From the IMG/VR virus record IMGVR_UViG_3300024518_005076: a stretch of 64,000 nucleotides of DNA; one strand, written 5' to 3'. Positions 46,988-55,497 of this stretch are shown here, piece after piece. The notes below the pieces were generated by a model that saw nothing but the letters and a program-made list of their open reading frames with translations, did no database searches and had not been told where the DNA came from. Source of the stretch: a virus. Taxonomy: Duplodnaviria; Heunggongvirae; Uroviricota; Caudoviricetes. Made by a program: the position numbers and the translations under genes. Position 1 is the stretch's first letter, and each line of letters begins with the position of its first letter.

Positions 46988-47406
46988 TGCTAATCTCAGA
47001 AGCCGTCTCAGAACTTCGCAAATCATCCGAATCGATCGACAGCAGTCAGCCAGTTCAGATTCCGGAAGTCATGTCTCCCGGAGAGGGATATCCGCAAGGG
47101 GATATCGTCCTGAAGATGATCGAGGCGCTCCCAAGTAGTGCGGTACAAGTGCCATGGGAACACGGAGATAGGCAAATTGCCCCCGGCACGTCTCGCGGTT
47201 CACGTCACTGTATTCCAAGCAGGTTCCAGGGATACGTGCGATTCTTCTCCATCAATGACGGAAATCCACTCTCCGATCTTGTAATCACAGCAGAAGTGCC
47301 CTTCGATCTGGTTCATCCGGAACACGCCGACCATGTTGGGTATCCGCCAGGAATTTACCGGGTCAAGCATCAGCAGAACGCTCAGCGGGAACGAGTACTG
47401 GATTAA
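46987..47406 (+). CDS. Hypothetical protein (139 aa)
   Basis: ORF, ATGA overlap with upstream gene. Confidence 0.5.
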   Translation: MLISEAVSELRKSSESIDSSQPVQIPEVMSPGEGYPQGDIVLKMIEALPSSAVQVPWEHGDRQIAPGTSRGSRHCIPSRFQGYVRFFSINDGNPLSDLVITAEVPFDLVHPEHADHVGYPPGIYRVKHQQNAQRERVLD

Positions 47407-48023
47407 TCCGAAAGTTCGCTTAACACTGATCAATACCATTCATGGAACCAGACTCGTGGTTATCAAGATCAAGAAGCGTATCTGGTATTCACTGGGCGGA
47501 TTCAAGAACCCATCCCTCTTCCGCCGCAAGCGCCGAGATGGCAGTAAGTGGTGGTGGGAGTACTTTCAGGAGATCAGGTGACCTGTCCCCACTACTGCGA
47601 CAACCAAGGGCTGTGCCATCAGTGCGGCATCCTCATGGAGCCGGAGTGGTGGGTTGCATACGCTGGGTATCCCCACCCAGACGACGACAGAACCCCGTCA
47701 GTTGAGTTCATTTCCGCAAACAAGGAACAATGCGATGTTTAACGTCTACATTCTGAATGCAGGACAATGGGAACCCGTCAGCAATAACCCGCAGGGCACA
47801 AACCGCAAAGCCCTGATGGACAAATACCAAGGCTCTCATGGGCAAGACAATTGCGGCAAAGTCAAGATTCGGAAAGCCGGGTAGCGGACTGTCCGTCCGG
47901 CATGTGCCAGCCCGTGACCGGTATTCGCCTGAGGCGAGATCGCGGCTCAACGTCCGCGTGAACTTGAGTCAGGATTCACGTCATGCGGAGCGGGCTGGCT
48001 TTTCATACACAAGGAGACATGTC

Positions 48024-48248
48024 ATGAAAGTAAAAGAACTTCCACTGGATACAGATCTGTATTCTGTCAAGGTTCGAATCCCGGATGATCTGTGGGAAGA
48101 TGCACAAATGGCAGGGATGACACAGCAAGAAGCCTACCTGCACTCTGGATGGTTCAGTGGAGTCTGGCTGAAAGAGGACCTAAGTTCCGGCAGAGTGTTT
48201 CCGCTAAACGCATCCAACACGGCAGACTGGACCGTCGTCGAGAAATAA
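48024..48248 (+). CDS. Hypothetical protein (74 aa)
   Basis: ATG after perfect AAGGAGAC RBS. Confidence 0.5.
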   Translation: MKVKELPLDTDLYSVKVRIPDDLWEDAQMAGMTQQEAYLHSGWFSGVWLKEDLSSGRVFPLNASNTADWTVVEK

Positions 48249-48557
48249 TCGCCACCCGTCACGTATCCTGAGATTGTCTCCCTTGTGGTGCGTGGCGGGA
48301 TTTTAATACCTCGCGTCAGCAATACGGTTGCCATGCACCGGTAAATGTGTGGCCGTCAAGCAGAAGGAGAGCGATATGACCTGTTATCACAATCACAATC
48401 TCTAACACAGGCAGAACGCCGCGTGTGGGAAAGCCCCACGGTCCCTGCCGGGTACTGTCATACTCGGAGAGCGGAGCACTACTTCACCGGACAGGGTGCG
48501 AGTAGGAGTCCAAGCGACTCAGTGAAAGCTGCTGGTGCAATTCCAGCCATGGGACTT

Positions 48558-48639
48558 CAGCCCGGATCAGTAGTTGCAGATTCAACGAAGCACAACACGC
48601 AAGCGTGAATCCACTACTGATTCGGGCTGTTTTTGTTTC
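48558..48639 (+). terminator. Long imperfect hairpin (16-bp stem with one G-U, 40-nt loop) followed by TTTTTGTTT; terminator or 3' end of a small RNA upstream of csrA
   Basis: cagcccggatcagtag ... ctactgattcgggctg then T-tract. Confidence 0.45.
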
Positions 48640-48662
48640 TTCACCTCAGAAAGGAGTCTGTG

Positions 48663-48842
48663 ATGCTCGTACTCAGTAGAAAGCCAAATGAACAGATCGT
48701 GATTGCGGATGGCGAAATCGTGATCACGCTACTTGAAATCAGAAAAGGATCAGTCAGACTGGGGATCGAAGCACCTCGTGATATCCCGGTTCACAGGCGA
48801 GAGGTGCAGACAATCATTGAATCTGAGGAGAAGGTGGCATGA
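48663..48842 (+). CDS. csrA: CsrA/RsmA-family RNA-binding regulator homologue (59 aa)
   Basis: 'MLVLSRKPNEQIVIADGEIVITLLEIRKGSVRLGIEAPRDIPVHRREV' tracks CsrA consensus incl. GxxxRIGI/APxxxxVHRxE; AAAGGAG RBS. Confidence 0.75.
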   Translation: MLVLSRKPNEQIVIADGEIVITLLEIRKGSVRLGIEAPRDIPVHRREVQTIIESEEKVA

Positions 48843-48946
48843 ACTTCTACACAACTCCCGAGTTCGTCGAGAACGTGCTCCTCGGCGTACTATCCCTCAT
48901 TGGAATCTTTCTGGTTCTCTCAACCCCATGGAACCCAAGACCGTGA
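48839..48946 (+). CDS. Small membrane protein (35 aa; below cutoff)
   Basis: ATGA overlap with csrA stop, AAGGTGG RBS, hydrophobic. Confidence 0.3.
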   Translation: MNFYTTPEFVENVLLGVLSLIGIFLVLSTPWNPRP

Positions 48947-49168
48947 GCGCCAGCCTTGGCGCTGGTCGCACCACAGGATAAATCCAACTAACGGGGCGGG
49001 ACCTCTCAATCCACCCTATGGTCTGCCTCTTCGGAACCTGTGGTGCGGCTCTTTTCGATTAAGTCCATAGCATAACATGACTTATTTGAAATAGATCCCA
49101 CATAATGCCTGTCAGTTCTACTGAACACGTACACTAGAAAAACCCCAATTAAGGAAGCAGAGGTCCCT

Positions 49169-49351
49169 ATGAGTAAGTTCAAAGCAGAGGAAAGTTTCGG
49201 TCTCACAACCAGCACTGGGCGATACATCGTCGTCTTCGGAGTGGATAAGAAAGCCGCTCTCCGAAGGTTCGATTCTGCCTACCGCCACACTGACGAAGAG
49301 GAGATCGTGAACTACAAGCAGATCACAGACAACGGTCGCCTGATCGGATAA
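49169..49351 (+). CDS. Hypothetical protein (60 aa)
   Basis: ORF with AAGGAAG RBS. Confidence 0.45.
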   Translation: MSKFKAEESFGLTTSTGRYIVVFGVDKKAALRRFDSAYRHTDEEEIVNYKQITDNGRLIG

Positions 49352-49397
49352 TCGGCCACGGTGAAGGAACCTGGGACCTGCACATCGGAGATTTCTC

Positions 49398-49766
49398 ATG
49401 AATTATCACCACAATCTCTGTAAATCCTTGCATTTTACTTCTGGCATCAGTTCAATGCGTGAGAAGAAAGATGCGTTCTGGCTGGTCGACGCGATCGCCA
49501 GCTACTACCACGAAGGTGGACCAATCCAGCGAGCCGCAGATCAGTTCTTCAGAGACTTACACTTCTGGAGACTGACCCCTGATGGGAACGGAGGGGCCAC
49601 GCTGACGTCTGATGCCGACACCGGGCAGCCCAAAGTAATAACTCAGGAAATCGAATTCACGGACTTCAAGTTTGACTCGGACGATCCATATGTCCTGTTC
49701 TCCGGGCGAGACTTAACCCCTGATGGGAAAGAAGTCTGGGTCCTGCACCTTCCATCGGAGTACTAG
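49398..49766 (+). CDS. Hypothetical protein (122 aa)
   Basis: ORF. Confidence 0.5.
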   Translation: MNYHHNLCKSLHFTSGISSMREKKDAFWLVDAIASYYHEGGPIQRAADQFFRDLHFWRLTPDGNGGATLTSDADTGQPKVITQEIEFTDFKFDSDDPYVLFSGRDLTPDGKEVWVLHLPSEY

Positions 49767-49767
49767 C

Positions 49768-50292
49768 ATGGCCAAAAAGAAGTGGAAAGACCTGACACGT
49801 GCCGAAAGGCGAGTCCAGATCGCAAAGGATGCTTTGAAGACAGTCCAATCCAATACCTACAGAGGGTATAACGGAGGGTACCTGGCTGGGTTCGCCCCTA
49901 ATAAAATCATGGATCATAGTTTTGTTCCAAGTCCCGAGGACTGTGATCTGATCGCCCAGGAATGCTCTGTGTGCGCCAGAGGAGCACTCTTGCTTTCTCG
50001 GGCATCCAGGTTCAACACACTGACTATGGCCGACCTGGGTCTTGACGCTTGGAGCTTAACCTTATCAGCGTCTTCTGAGGCCACGACAGAAGGCCTGTCT
50101 GGTGCATTCACAGAGAAGCAACTCGAAGAGATCGAGAATGCCTTCGAGTCAGACTGGGCTAACAGCTGGGAACCTGCAGCAGAGAAGTTCGGAGCCAGCT
50201 TTCCAGACAGACAGGATCGCCTGATCGCAATCCTGCAGAACATCATCGACCACGGCACATTCAAGCCGACCGTCGAGTACGAAATGGTCTGA
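49768..50292 (+). CDS. Hypothetical protein (174 aa)
   Basis: ORF. Confidence 0.5.
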   Translation: MAKKKWKDLTRAERRVQIAKDALKTVQSNTYRGYNGGYLAGFAPNKIMDHSFVPSPEDCDLIAQECSVCARGALLLSRASRFNTLTMADLGLDAWSLTLSASSEATTEGLSGAFTEKQLEEIENAFESDWANSWEPAAEKFGASFPDRQDRLIAILQNIIDHGTFKPTVEYEMV

Positions 50293-50595
50293 TTCAGCAA
50301 GTCGGGCACCACAATTTCCATTGGCCCGTACACGCTGAATCCACCTCCGCCAGACCTCAAGGATCGATTAGCGCCCCTTCCTTGGGGTCTGGTCTTACAT
50401 ACACTCTGCGGTTCCTGAGACTGCAAATCTCAGGTTGGCGGTGACGCGATACATGCAACCAGGCATCAAGGTCTGGCGCTTAGCCCGCTCGACAAGGCCC
50501 ATGGGACACAATTAGGCCTTAGAGGTCCATTAACTGTGCGAGATAGTGCCTCGCACCCGCAGATTGTTTCTTTTGTGATCTGACAGGAGACAACG

Positions 50596-50826
50596 ATGAA
50601 ACCGTACGGAATGAGCCGAATGGAACATGGCGACACAGACGTTGCTGGCTGTATCTACAACGCTCGCTCAACTGCTGTCTACTCGCTATCTGGACGAGCA
50701 TATCGCTCACTGCGTAACGGGAAAAAGGCCCGCCTTCGCAGAGTGGAAAAAAGGGCCGCTCGTACGGCGGGAGATAGAGAAGCACAAAAACAATTCAGAG
50801 AGATGCAAGACGAAACGGGAGAATAA
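50596..50826 (+). CDS. Hypothetical basic protein (76 aa)
   Basis: ORF with CAGGAGAC RBS. Confidence 0.45.
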   Translation: MKPYGMSRMEHGDTDVAGCIYNARSTAVYSLSGRAYRSLRNGKKARLRRVEKRAARTAGDREAQKQFREMQDETGE

Positions 50827-50828
50827 CC

Positions 50829-51218
50829 ATGCTCTCAGACCAACTGATGATGACGGTGATGAATGATCGTCACGCCTACCAGTCATTCAAGACCGGTATG
50901 GGAATCCTGCGGTGCATCGTCTCGCGGGCAGCCGCACAGACGGCTCATTACTACGAGTGTGATGAACATACCGGCAAGACAACACTCGAACACTTTCCAC
51001 AAAACGTGCGAGATGAGGCGATTGTCGACCTCGTCCGCTATTTCCTGGGTGAAATCTCTGAGGAGAAGTCCAATGAAGAGAGAGAAAGAAGAGCGGCGTC
51101 AAGAAGCGGAGGAGCGGAACCAGGACTGGAGGAGTCGCCATCCCGAGGATCAGATCAGATCCCTCATGGGTCGGAGGGGCAACTCCAGGAAGCAGATCAA
51201 CCGAATTCTTTCGGCTGA
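50829..51218 (+). CDS. Hypothetical protein (129 aa; overlapping alternative 51073..51285 in another frame is also possible)
   Basis: ORF. Confidence 0.4.
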   Translation: MLSDQLMMTVMNDRHAYQSFKTGMGILRCIVSRAAAQTAHYYECDEHTGKTTLEHFPQNVRDEAIVDLVRYFLGEISEEKSNEERERRAASRSGGAEPGLEESPSRGSDQIPHGSEGQLQEADQPNSFG

Positions 51219-51281
51219 TGCGGAACTCGCCTCTCCAGTCATATCGCCAGAATTCCGTCAGTTTGTGCTGGAGAACAGTCC

Positions 51282-51548
51282 ATGAAAGACAGCATTTCAG
51301 TAGTTGTCGGTTGCATCGACCCTGATGGGAACCCAGACTTCTACGCAGTAAACATCATCTGCACACCAGATCAGGAACACGCCAGTGCCCATCGCCAGGC
51401 GGCTGAAAAGCTCGTGCGGGACATGGGTGGAGATCCCTGCTTTACTATCGATGAATTTGATCCCGCTTTCCTGTGGATCAGCGTCCTGAAAATCAATGAT
51501 CTCGCAGGCACGAAACCCTACGACATCAGAACAAAGGAGCCAGCATGA
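51282..51548 (+). CDS. Hypothetical protein (88 aa)
   Basis: ORF. Confidence 0.45.
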   Translation: MKDSISVVVGCIDPDGNPDFYAVNIICTPDQEHASAHRQAAEKLVRDMGGDPCFTIDEFDPAFLWISVLKINDLAGTKPYDIRTKEPA

Positions 51549-51724
51549 TTGCGTGCATGTGCTTCGGCTCGCTTGAAATCATATACGGACTGTTCCTGGC
51601 TGTTACCGGTGGGTTTGCAGCACTGGCAAAGTGGAGGAACAGCAAGAACTGCAAGTGTCATGGGAAACAAGAGGGCATGTTGCCCTCTCAAGGAGCCACC
51701 AACGGAGGTGGGCTTCACATGTGA
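51545..51724 (+). CDS. Small membrane protein (59 aa; below cutoff)
   Basis: ATGA overlap with upstream stop; hydrophobic N-terminus. Confidence 0.35.
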   Translation: MIACMCFGSLEIIYGLFLAVTGGFAALAKWRNSKNCKCHGKQEGMLPSQGATNGGGLHM

Positions 51725-51787
51725 TTGGGGCACTTCGCCCCAGGGTGCGACACACCCTTATCTTCCTTTTCGCGAAAGGGGAACATT

Positions 51788-52108
51788 ATGTCAACGCAGG
51801 ATTTCGGCACTCCGGAAGTAGTCACGGAAACCGTCACCGTGGAGAACGTCAAGATCCTTGTGATCAACAACGCCGGAAACGGCTTTGCTGACTTCAAGAC
51901 GTTCCCGGCTGGGACCAAGTACGTGGACATCTTCAAGCAGATCATGCCTGAAGGTGCGAAGCCGGAGGATTACTCCATCCGGGTCAACAAGAACCTGGTT
52001 TCCACTGAGGACGGTGCCACTCATGGTGACAACCTGTCCATCACCAGTGCCGTCGCCAACCCGAACGATCGCCTGACGGTCGCTCCGAAGAAGGTCGCTG
52101 GAGCGTAG
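51788..52108 (+). CDS. Candidate ubiquitin-like beta-grasp protein (ThiS/MoaD-like, 106 aa) with C-terminal extension ending ...KKVAGA
   Basis: 'YSIRVNKNLVS' and 'HGDNLSIT' align to the MoaD/ThiS penultimate strand and L-DGD-h-h motif; first gene of E2-JAB-E1 cassette; AAAGGGGAAC RBS. Confidence 0.45.
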   Translation: MSTQDFGTPEVVTETVTVENVKILVINNAGNGFADFKTFPAGTKYVDIFKQIMPEGAKPEDYSIRVNKNLVSTEDGATHGDNLSITSAVANPNDRLTVAPKKVAGA

Positions 52109-52225
52109 TCGCTGCTTCTGGGGGCTGGAATTTCCGGCCCCCAGACTTTGGAGCTTCCTGGGGATACCAGAGAGGTTCGATTCCTCCGGCTCCACTTCAC
52201 GTACCTCTAATCAGGAGACCTAATT

Positions 52226-53416
52226 GTGCTACACGAAATTATTCCTGCGACCCCGCGATTAGTCGAAAAGCTTGTAGCGAGAGAGAGGGATCCCGCAAGA
52301 ACAGATCCACTACTGTGGGAAAAATCAGAAGACACTGAGATGTATATAGAAATAGCATCTCGCGAGACGGCCAAGCTGGTTTCCAGCGTAGATGTCATGC
52401 AGAGGAAAATCAGGGCGTTAAACGCAACACAGAAGCCATCTTTCGGGAAAGCTCTAAGAGATTCTGCATATACTGCCTATAACGACGCAAAGCATCAATT
52501 GGATGAGGCTTACTACAACCTAACCTCGTTCAATATACCCGAACGTCGCAGCAGCCCGGTCGCTCGGACCAACAACACCAAGAAGATTTCGTATCTGAGC
52601 AACTCCGACTTCATAGAGCAGGAAAAGGTGATGATACACCGCTCATATAAGACGGTGTTCATCACAACAGAACCAATCGTAATCGAAAACATCAACCTTG
52701 GTGCTTTTGAGATTCATGTCAGGCCACGTGTTGACTCGACAGCAGAGGCATACGCACTCAACCCCAACCCGGCAATCAGCAATCCAGTCGTTACCCACCC
52801 GAATGTGAAGAATAACACTGTCTGCCTGGGCGAAGGTAAAGATGCATACAACAAGGCCGTTATGGAAGGGCGTCTTTGCGATGCACTGCAAATTGCCTTA
52901 TCCGTCGTGAGAAATTACGGGTGGAGAAATCCCTACCTGTCTATTAGCGAATGGTTTGGAGTCAACTGTGGATTCTGTGGCCACTTGAATACACCAAATA
53001 GAACATTTCAGTGCATCGACTGCAAAGTAAAGGGATGCAAAACCTGCGCTTACACAGGGACTGCTCGAAGATGCTACGAGTGCCATGAGTACAGGCTGGC
53101 CAATCCTCCAGACGAGTGCTACAGGTGCAGTCGAGAGGCTCATAATGAATGCCCGGACTGCAAGAAGAAAGTCTGCGGGAGATGCTGGATCGAAGATTCC
53201 TGCAATCTCTGCTATCGCAGAAACAATCAAGCCTGCAACAGGTGCGAGCGTGTCACCCGGATAGACACGTGGCCAGATCCGTGTGCTGGATGTGAGGTAC
53301 GTTTATGTGCTCTATGTATGGAGCACGGAGTTTTGTGTCCTACGTGCTATCAGGGTCACCTCAATGAGAACCCGGATGTGGCACGACTTATTGGGAGTCT
53401 GCGAGATGACGACTAA
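52226..53416 (+). CDS. E2-like (UBC-fold) protein with C-terminal array of about 12 CxxC pairs (396 aa); GTG start
   Basis: 'VVTHPNVKNNTVCLGEG' = HPN motif with Cys 7 residues downstream (H at 52796, Cys codon 52823..52825); AGGAGACC RBS; paralogue of 55498..56847. Confidence 0.6.
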   Translation: MLHEIIPATPRLVEKLVARERDPARTDPLLWEKSEDTEMYIEIASRETAKLVSSVDVMQRKIRALNATQKPSFGKALRDSAYTAYNDAKHQLDEAYYNLTSFNIPERRSSPVARTNNTKKISYLSNSDFIEQEKVMIHRSYKTVFITTEPIVIENINLGAFEIHVRPRVDSTAEAYALNPNPAISNPVVTHPNVKNNTVCLGEGKDAYNKAVMEGRLCDALQIALSVVRNYGWRNPYLSISEWFGVNCGFCGHLNTPNRTFQCIDCKVKGCKTCAYTGTARRCYECHEYRLANPPDECYRCSREAHNECPDCKKKVCGRCWIEDSCNLCYRRNNQACNRCERVTRIDTWPDPCAGCEVRLCALCMEHGVLCPTCYQGHLNENPDVARLIGSLRDDD

Positions 53417-54539
53417 CAACAAACCTGTGTTCTCTCCGTCTGCATGGCAGAAATACATTCTGCTTCGAGACATGGGGGGCACTGAGATTTCCGCGATGGC
53501 GATCTGCTTTGACCCCGACGAACCGCTGAAAATCAACGATCTCTACGTGCCCGAGCAAACATGCAGCTCGGCCTACACTGAGTTCGATGACGACGCCTTG
53601 AGTGAGCTGTACGAGATGTATGGCCCGCAGATCGACCCGGATGACGACACCAAGCTCACCGGTCTGCATCCTTATCAGTTCAGCCGCATCTGGCTGCACA
53701 CTCACCCAGGTCAGAGCGCAAAGCCTTCAGGGACCGACCACACCACATTCAAGGAGCGGTTCGGGCCTCCAGACTGGGCAGTTATGTTCATTCTGGCACG
53801 TGGGGGACAAACCCATTGCGAGCTTAAGGTTCGCAGTGAATCCGGTCTTGTTAACGCTCATGTCAGGCACGATTCCAGTGAGTGGGTCGACTGGAGCATG
53901 CCGTGCGTTCCGGTGAATCATGATGAATTGAAGGAAATCTACAAGAAGAAAGTAAAAACCAGCCACGCGGCGGTGTCTTACGGCGGTGCGTGGAATGGCG
54001 GACACTCCTACACCACTCGTGGGGGCAAGCCAGGATACTACGCCAATGGAAAGTGGACCGAGTATGGGACTCAAGGGAAGTCCAACCAGACCGGCACAAA
54101 GAAGATTGAAGTTAACCAAAGAAACCAGAGAGAGCCACTCGACTTTGGCGACCTGGAATGGAGATACAAGCGTGAAGACCACTTCATGAAGCAGTATCTC
54201 CAGGATGTTTACGTGGACATCAAGACATGGGGAAATGCTGCCGACGTCATGAAGAGAGATGACTTTGAAGAAGTTTGGGCTCCGGACGACCAGGACTTCG
54301 CAATGTGGATGGACCAGAAGTGGCTCATGGGTCGAGATTGCAAAATCGAATTCATCGACGAGAGCGAAGATGGAGAAGAGACCATATGGGAATGCTCTGC
54401 CCAGGAAGCGCAGATGCTTGTCCAGAAGAAAGTCATCGAGGACACGGACTTCGGAGAGTTTTTCGGTGCAGACAAAAAGGATGACGAAGACGATGAGGAA
54501 TTGGATTTCTCTTTCCCTGGTCTGCACATGTGGCAGTAA
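53406..54539 (+). CDS. JAB/MPN (JAMM) metalloprotease-domain protein with about 200-aa C-terminal extension and acidic tail (378 aa)
   Basis: JAMM signature 'HTHPGQSAKPSGTDH' (HxHx7Sx2D) at 53697..53741 with upstream Glu; start overlaps stop of E2 gene (coupling). Confidence 0.65.
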   Translation: MTTNNKPVFSPSAWQKYILLRDMGGTEISAMAICFDPDEPLKINDLYVPEQTCSSAYTEFDDDALSELYEMYGPQIDPDDDTKLTGLHPYQFSRIWLHTHPGQSAKPSGTDHTTFKERFGPPDWAVMFILARGGQTHCELKVRSESGLVNAHVRHDSSEWVDWSMPCVPVNHDELKEIYKKKVKTSHAAVSYGGAWNGGHSYTTRGGKPGYYANGKWTEYGTQGKSNQTGTKKIEVNQRNQREPLDFGDLEWRYKREDHFMKQYLQDVYVDIKTWGNAADVMKRDDFEEVWAPDDQDFAMWMDQKWLMGRDCKIEFIDESEDGEETIWECSAQEAQMLVQKKVIEDTDFGEFFGADKKDDEDDEELDFSFPGLHMWQ

Positions 54540-54584
54540 GGCTGGCTGTAACCGCTTAATGTTTCTCTAACGGAGGTGGAAGGT

Positions 54585-55439
54585 ATGCCGTCACTTAACA
54601 GGTTTTCTCGACAGGAGAGTATTGTCCCGGTTGAGAAGAAGACTCCGGTGACAATCATCGGGGTCGGAGCTATTGGACTTCAGCTCGCGAAGTTCATGGC
54701 CTCAATGGGAATCCCTCAAATCAGGTTGATCGACTTTGATGTAGTCGAAGATACCAACATCACTACGCAGGGATACACCGGATCGCAGCTGGGATTGCCC
54801 AAGGTGGAAGCCGCAAGGGATTCCATCCATGCCATCGACGCGGACATCAAGGTCATCGCAGAAAATGACCGATGGAGACCGAAAACCAAGATTGATGGGG
54901 TCGTGTTCTGCTGCGTCGACTCGATCAAGGCTCGCGAGTGCATCTGGAAAGGCATCAAGAATAAGGTGGATTTCTTCTGTGATGCCAGAATGCTCGGTGA
55001 GGTCTTCCATGTGTACGCATGGATCAAAGGTGCCCCTCACGAAGACTACGAGCAGACGCTGTTCGCAGAAGAAGAGACGATCGCAGGCCAGTGTACCGCA
55101 GCAGGTACGATCTACTGTGCTGGCATGGCCGCAGGTGCCATGTGTCACCAGTACACGCGATGGATCAGGGGTGTTCTGCCTCCCGATGTGAGCTGGTCCT
55201 GTGCTTTGCTGTCCAGCGAGCTTTCAGTCATCTCACGGGACTTCGTTGCTCCGCCAGAGGATACTGGAATGCTGGTCAAGGAAGTAATCGTCGAGAAGCC
55301 AGAAGAGGTTGCGACTCCTGTGGAAGAAGAGGCAGAAGAAGCCTCAGCTGAACCAGAACCGGTGCCCGCTCTGGCGGACCCTGTGGACGACTATGACGAT
55401 GATGACTGGGACAGAGAACGAGAAGAGGACCGCTGGTAA
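54585..55439 (+). CDS. E1-like ThiF/MoeB-family adenylyltransferase (284 aa) with acidic C-terminal tail
   Basis: 'RFSRQ', Rossmann 'VTIIGVGAIGLQLAKFMASMG', 'LIDFDVVEDTNITTQG', conserved Cys region 'AGQCTAAG'; GGAGGTGGAAGG RBS. Confidence 0.7.
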   Translation: MPSLNRFSRQESIVPVEKKTPVTIIGVGAIGLQLAKFMASMGIPQIRLIDFDVVEDTNITTQGYTGSQLGLPKVEAARDSIHAIDADIKVIAENDRWRPKTKIDGVVFCCVDSIKARECIWKGIKNKVDFFCDARMLGEVFHVYAWIKGAPHEDYEQTLFAEEETIAGQCTAAGTIYCAGMAAGAMCHQYTRWIRGVLPPDVSWSCALLSSELSVISRDFVAPPEDTGMLVKEVIVEKPEEVATPVEEEAEEASAEPEPVPALADPVDDYDDDDWDREREEDRW

Positions 55440-55450
55440 CAATTCCCAAT

Positions 55451-55486
55451 ACGGAGCGCCAACCTTGGCGCTCCGTATTTCCTTTT
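55451..55486 (+). terminator. Intrinsic terminator-like hairpin between E1 and second E2 gene
   Basis: Perfect 12-bp stem ACGGAGCGCCAA/TTGGCGCTCCGT then ATTTCCTTTT. Confidence 0.55.
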
Positions 55487-55497
55487 AAGGACTAGCC

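Noticed and set aside
48040-48075. Exact GGTTCGAATCC (tRNA T-loop consensus) at about 48053
   Set aside because: Flanking bases cannot form a T-stem or acceptor stem; lies inside a well-supported small CDS (48024..48248). The 48250..48660 non-coding gap also showed no cloverleaf.
53727-54527. 266-aa minus-strand ORF
   Set aside because: Antisense to the JAB/MPN gene, which carries a perfect JAMM motif; shadow ORF.
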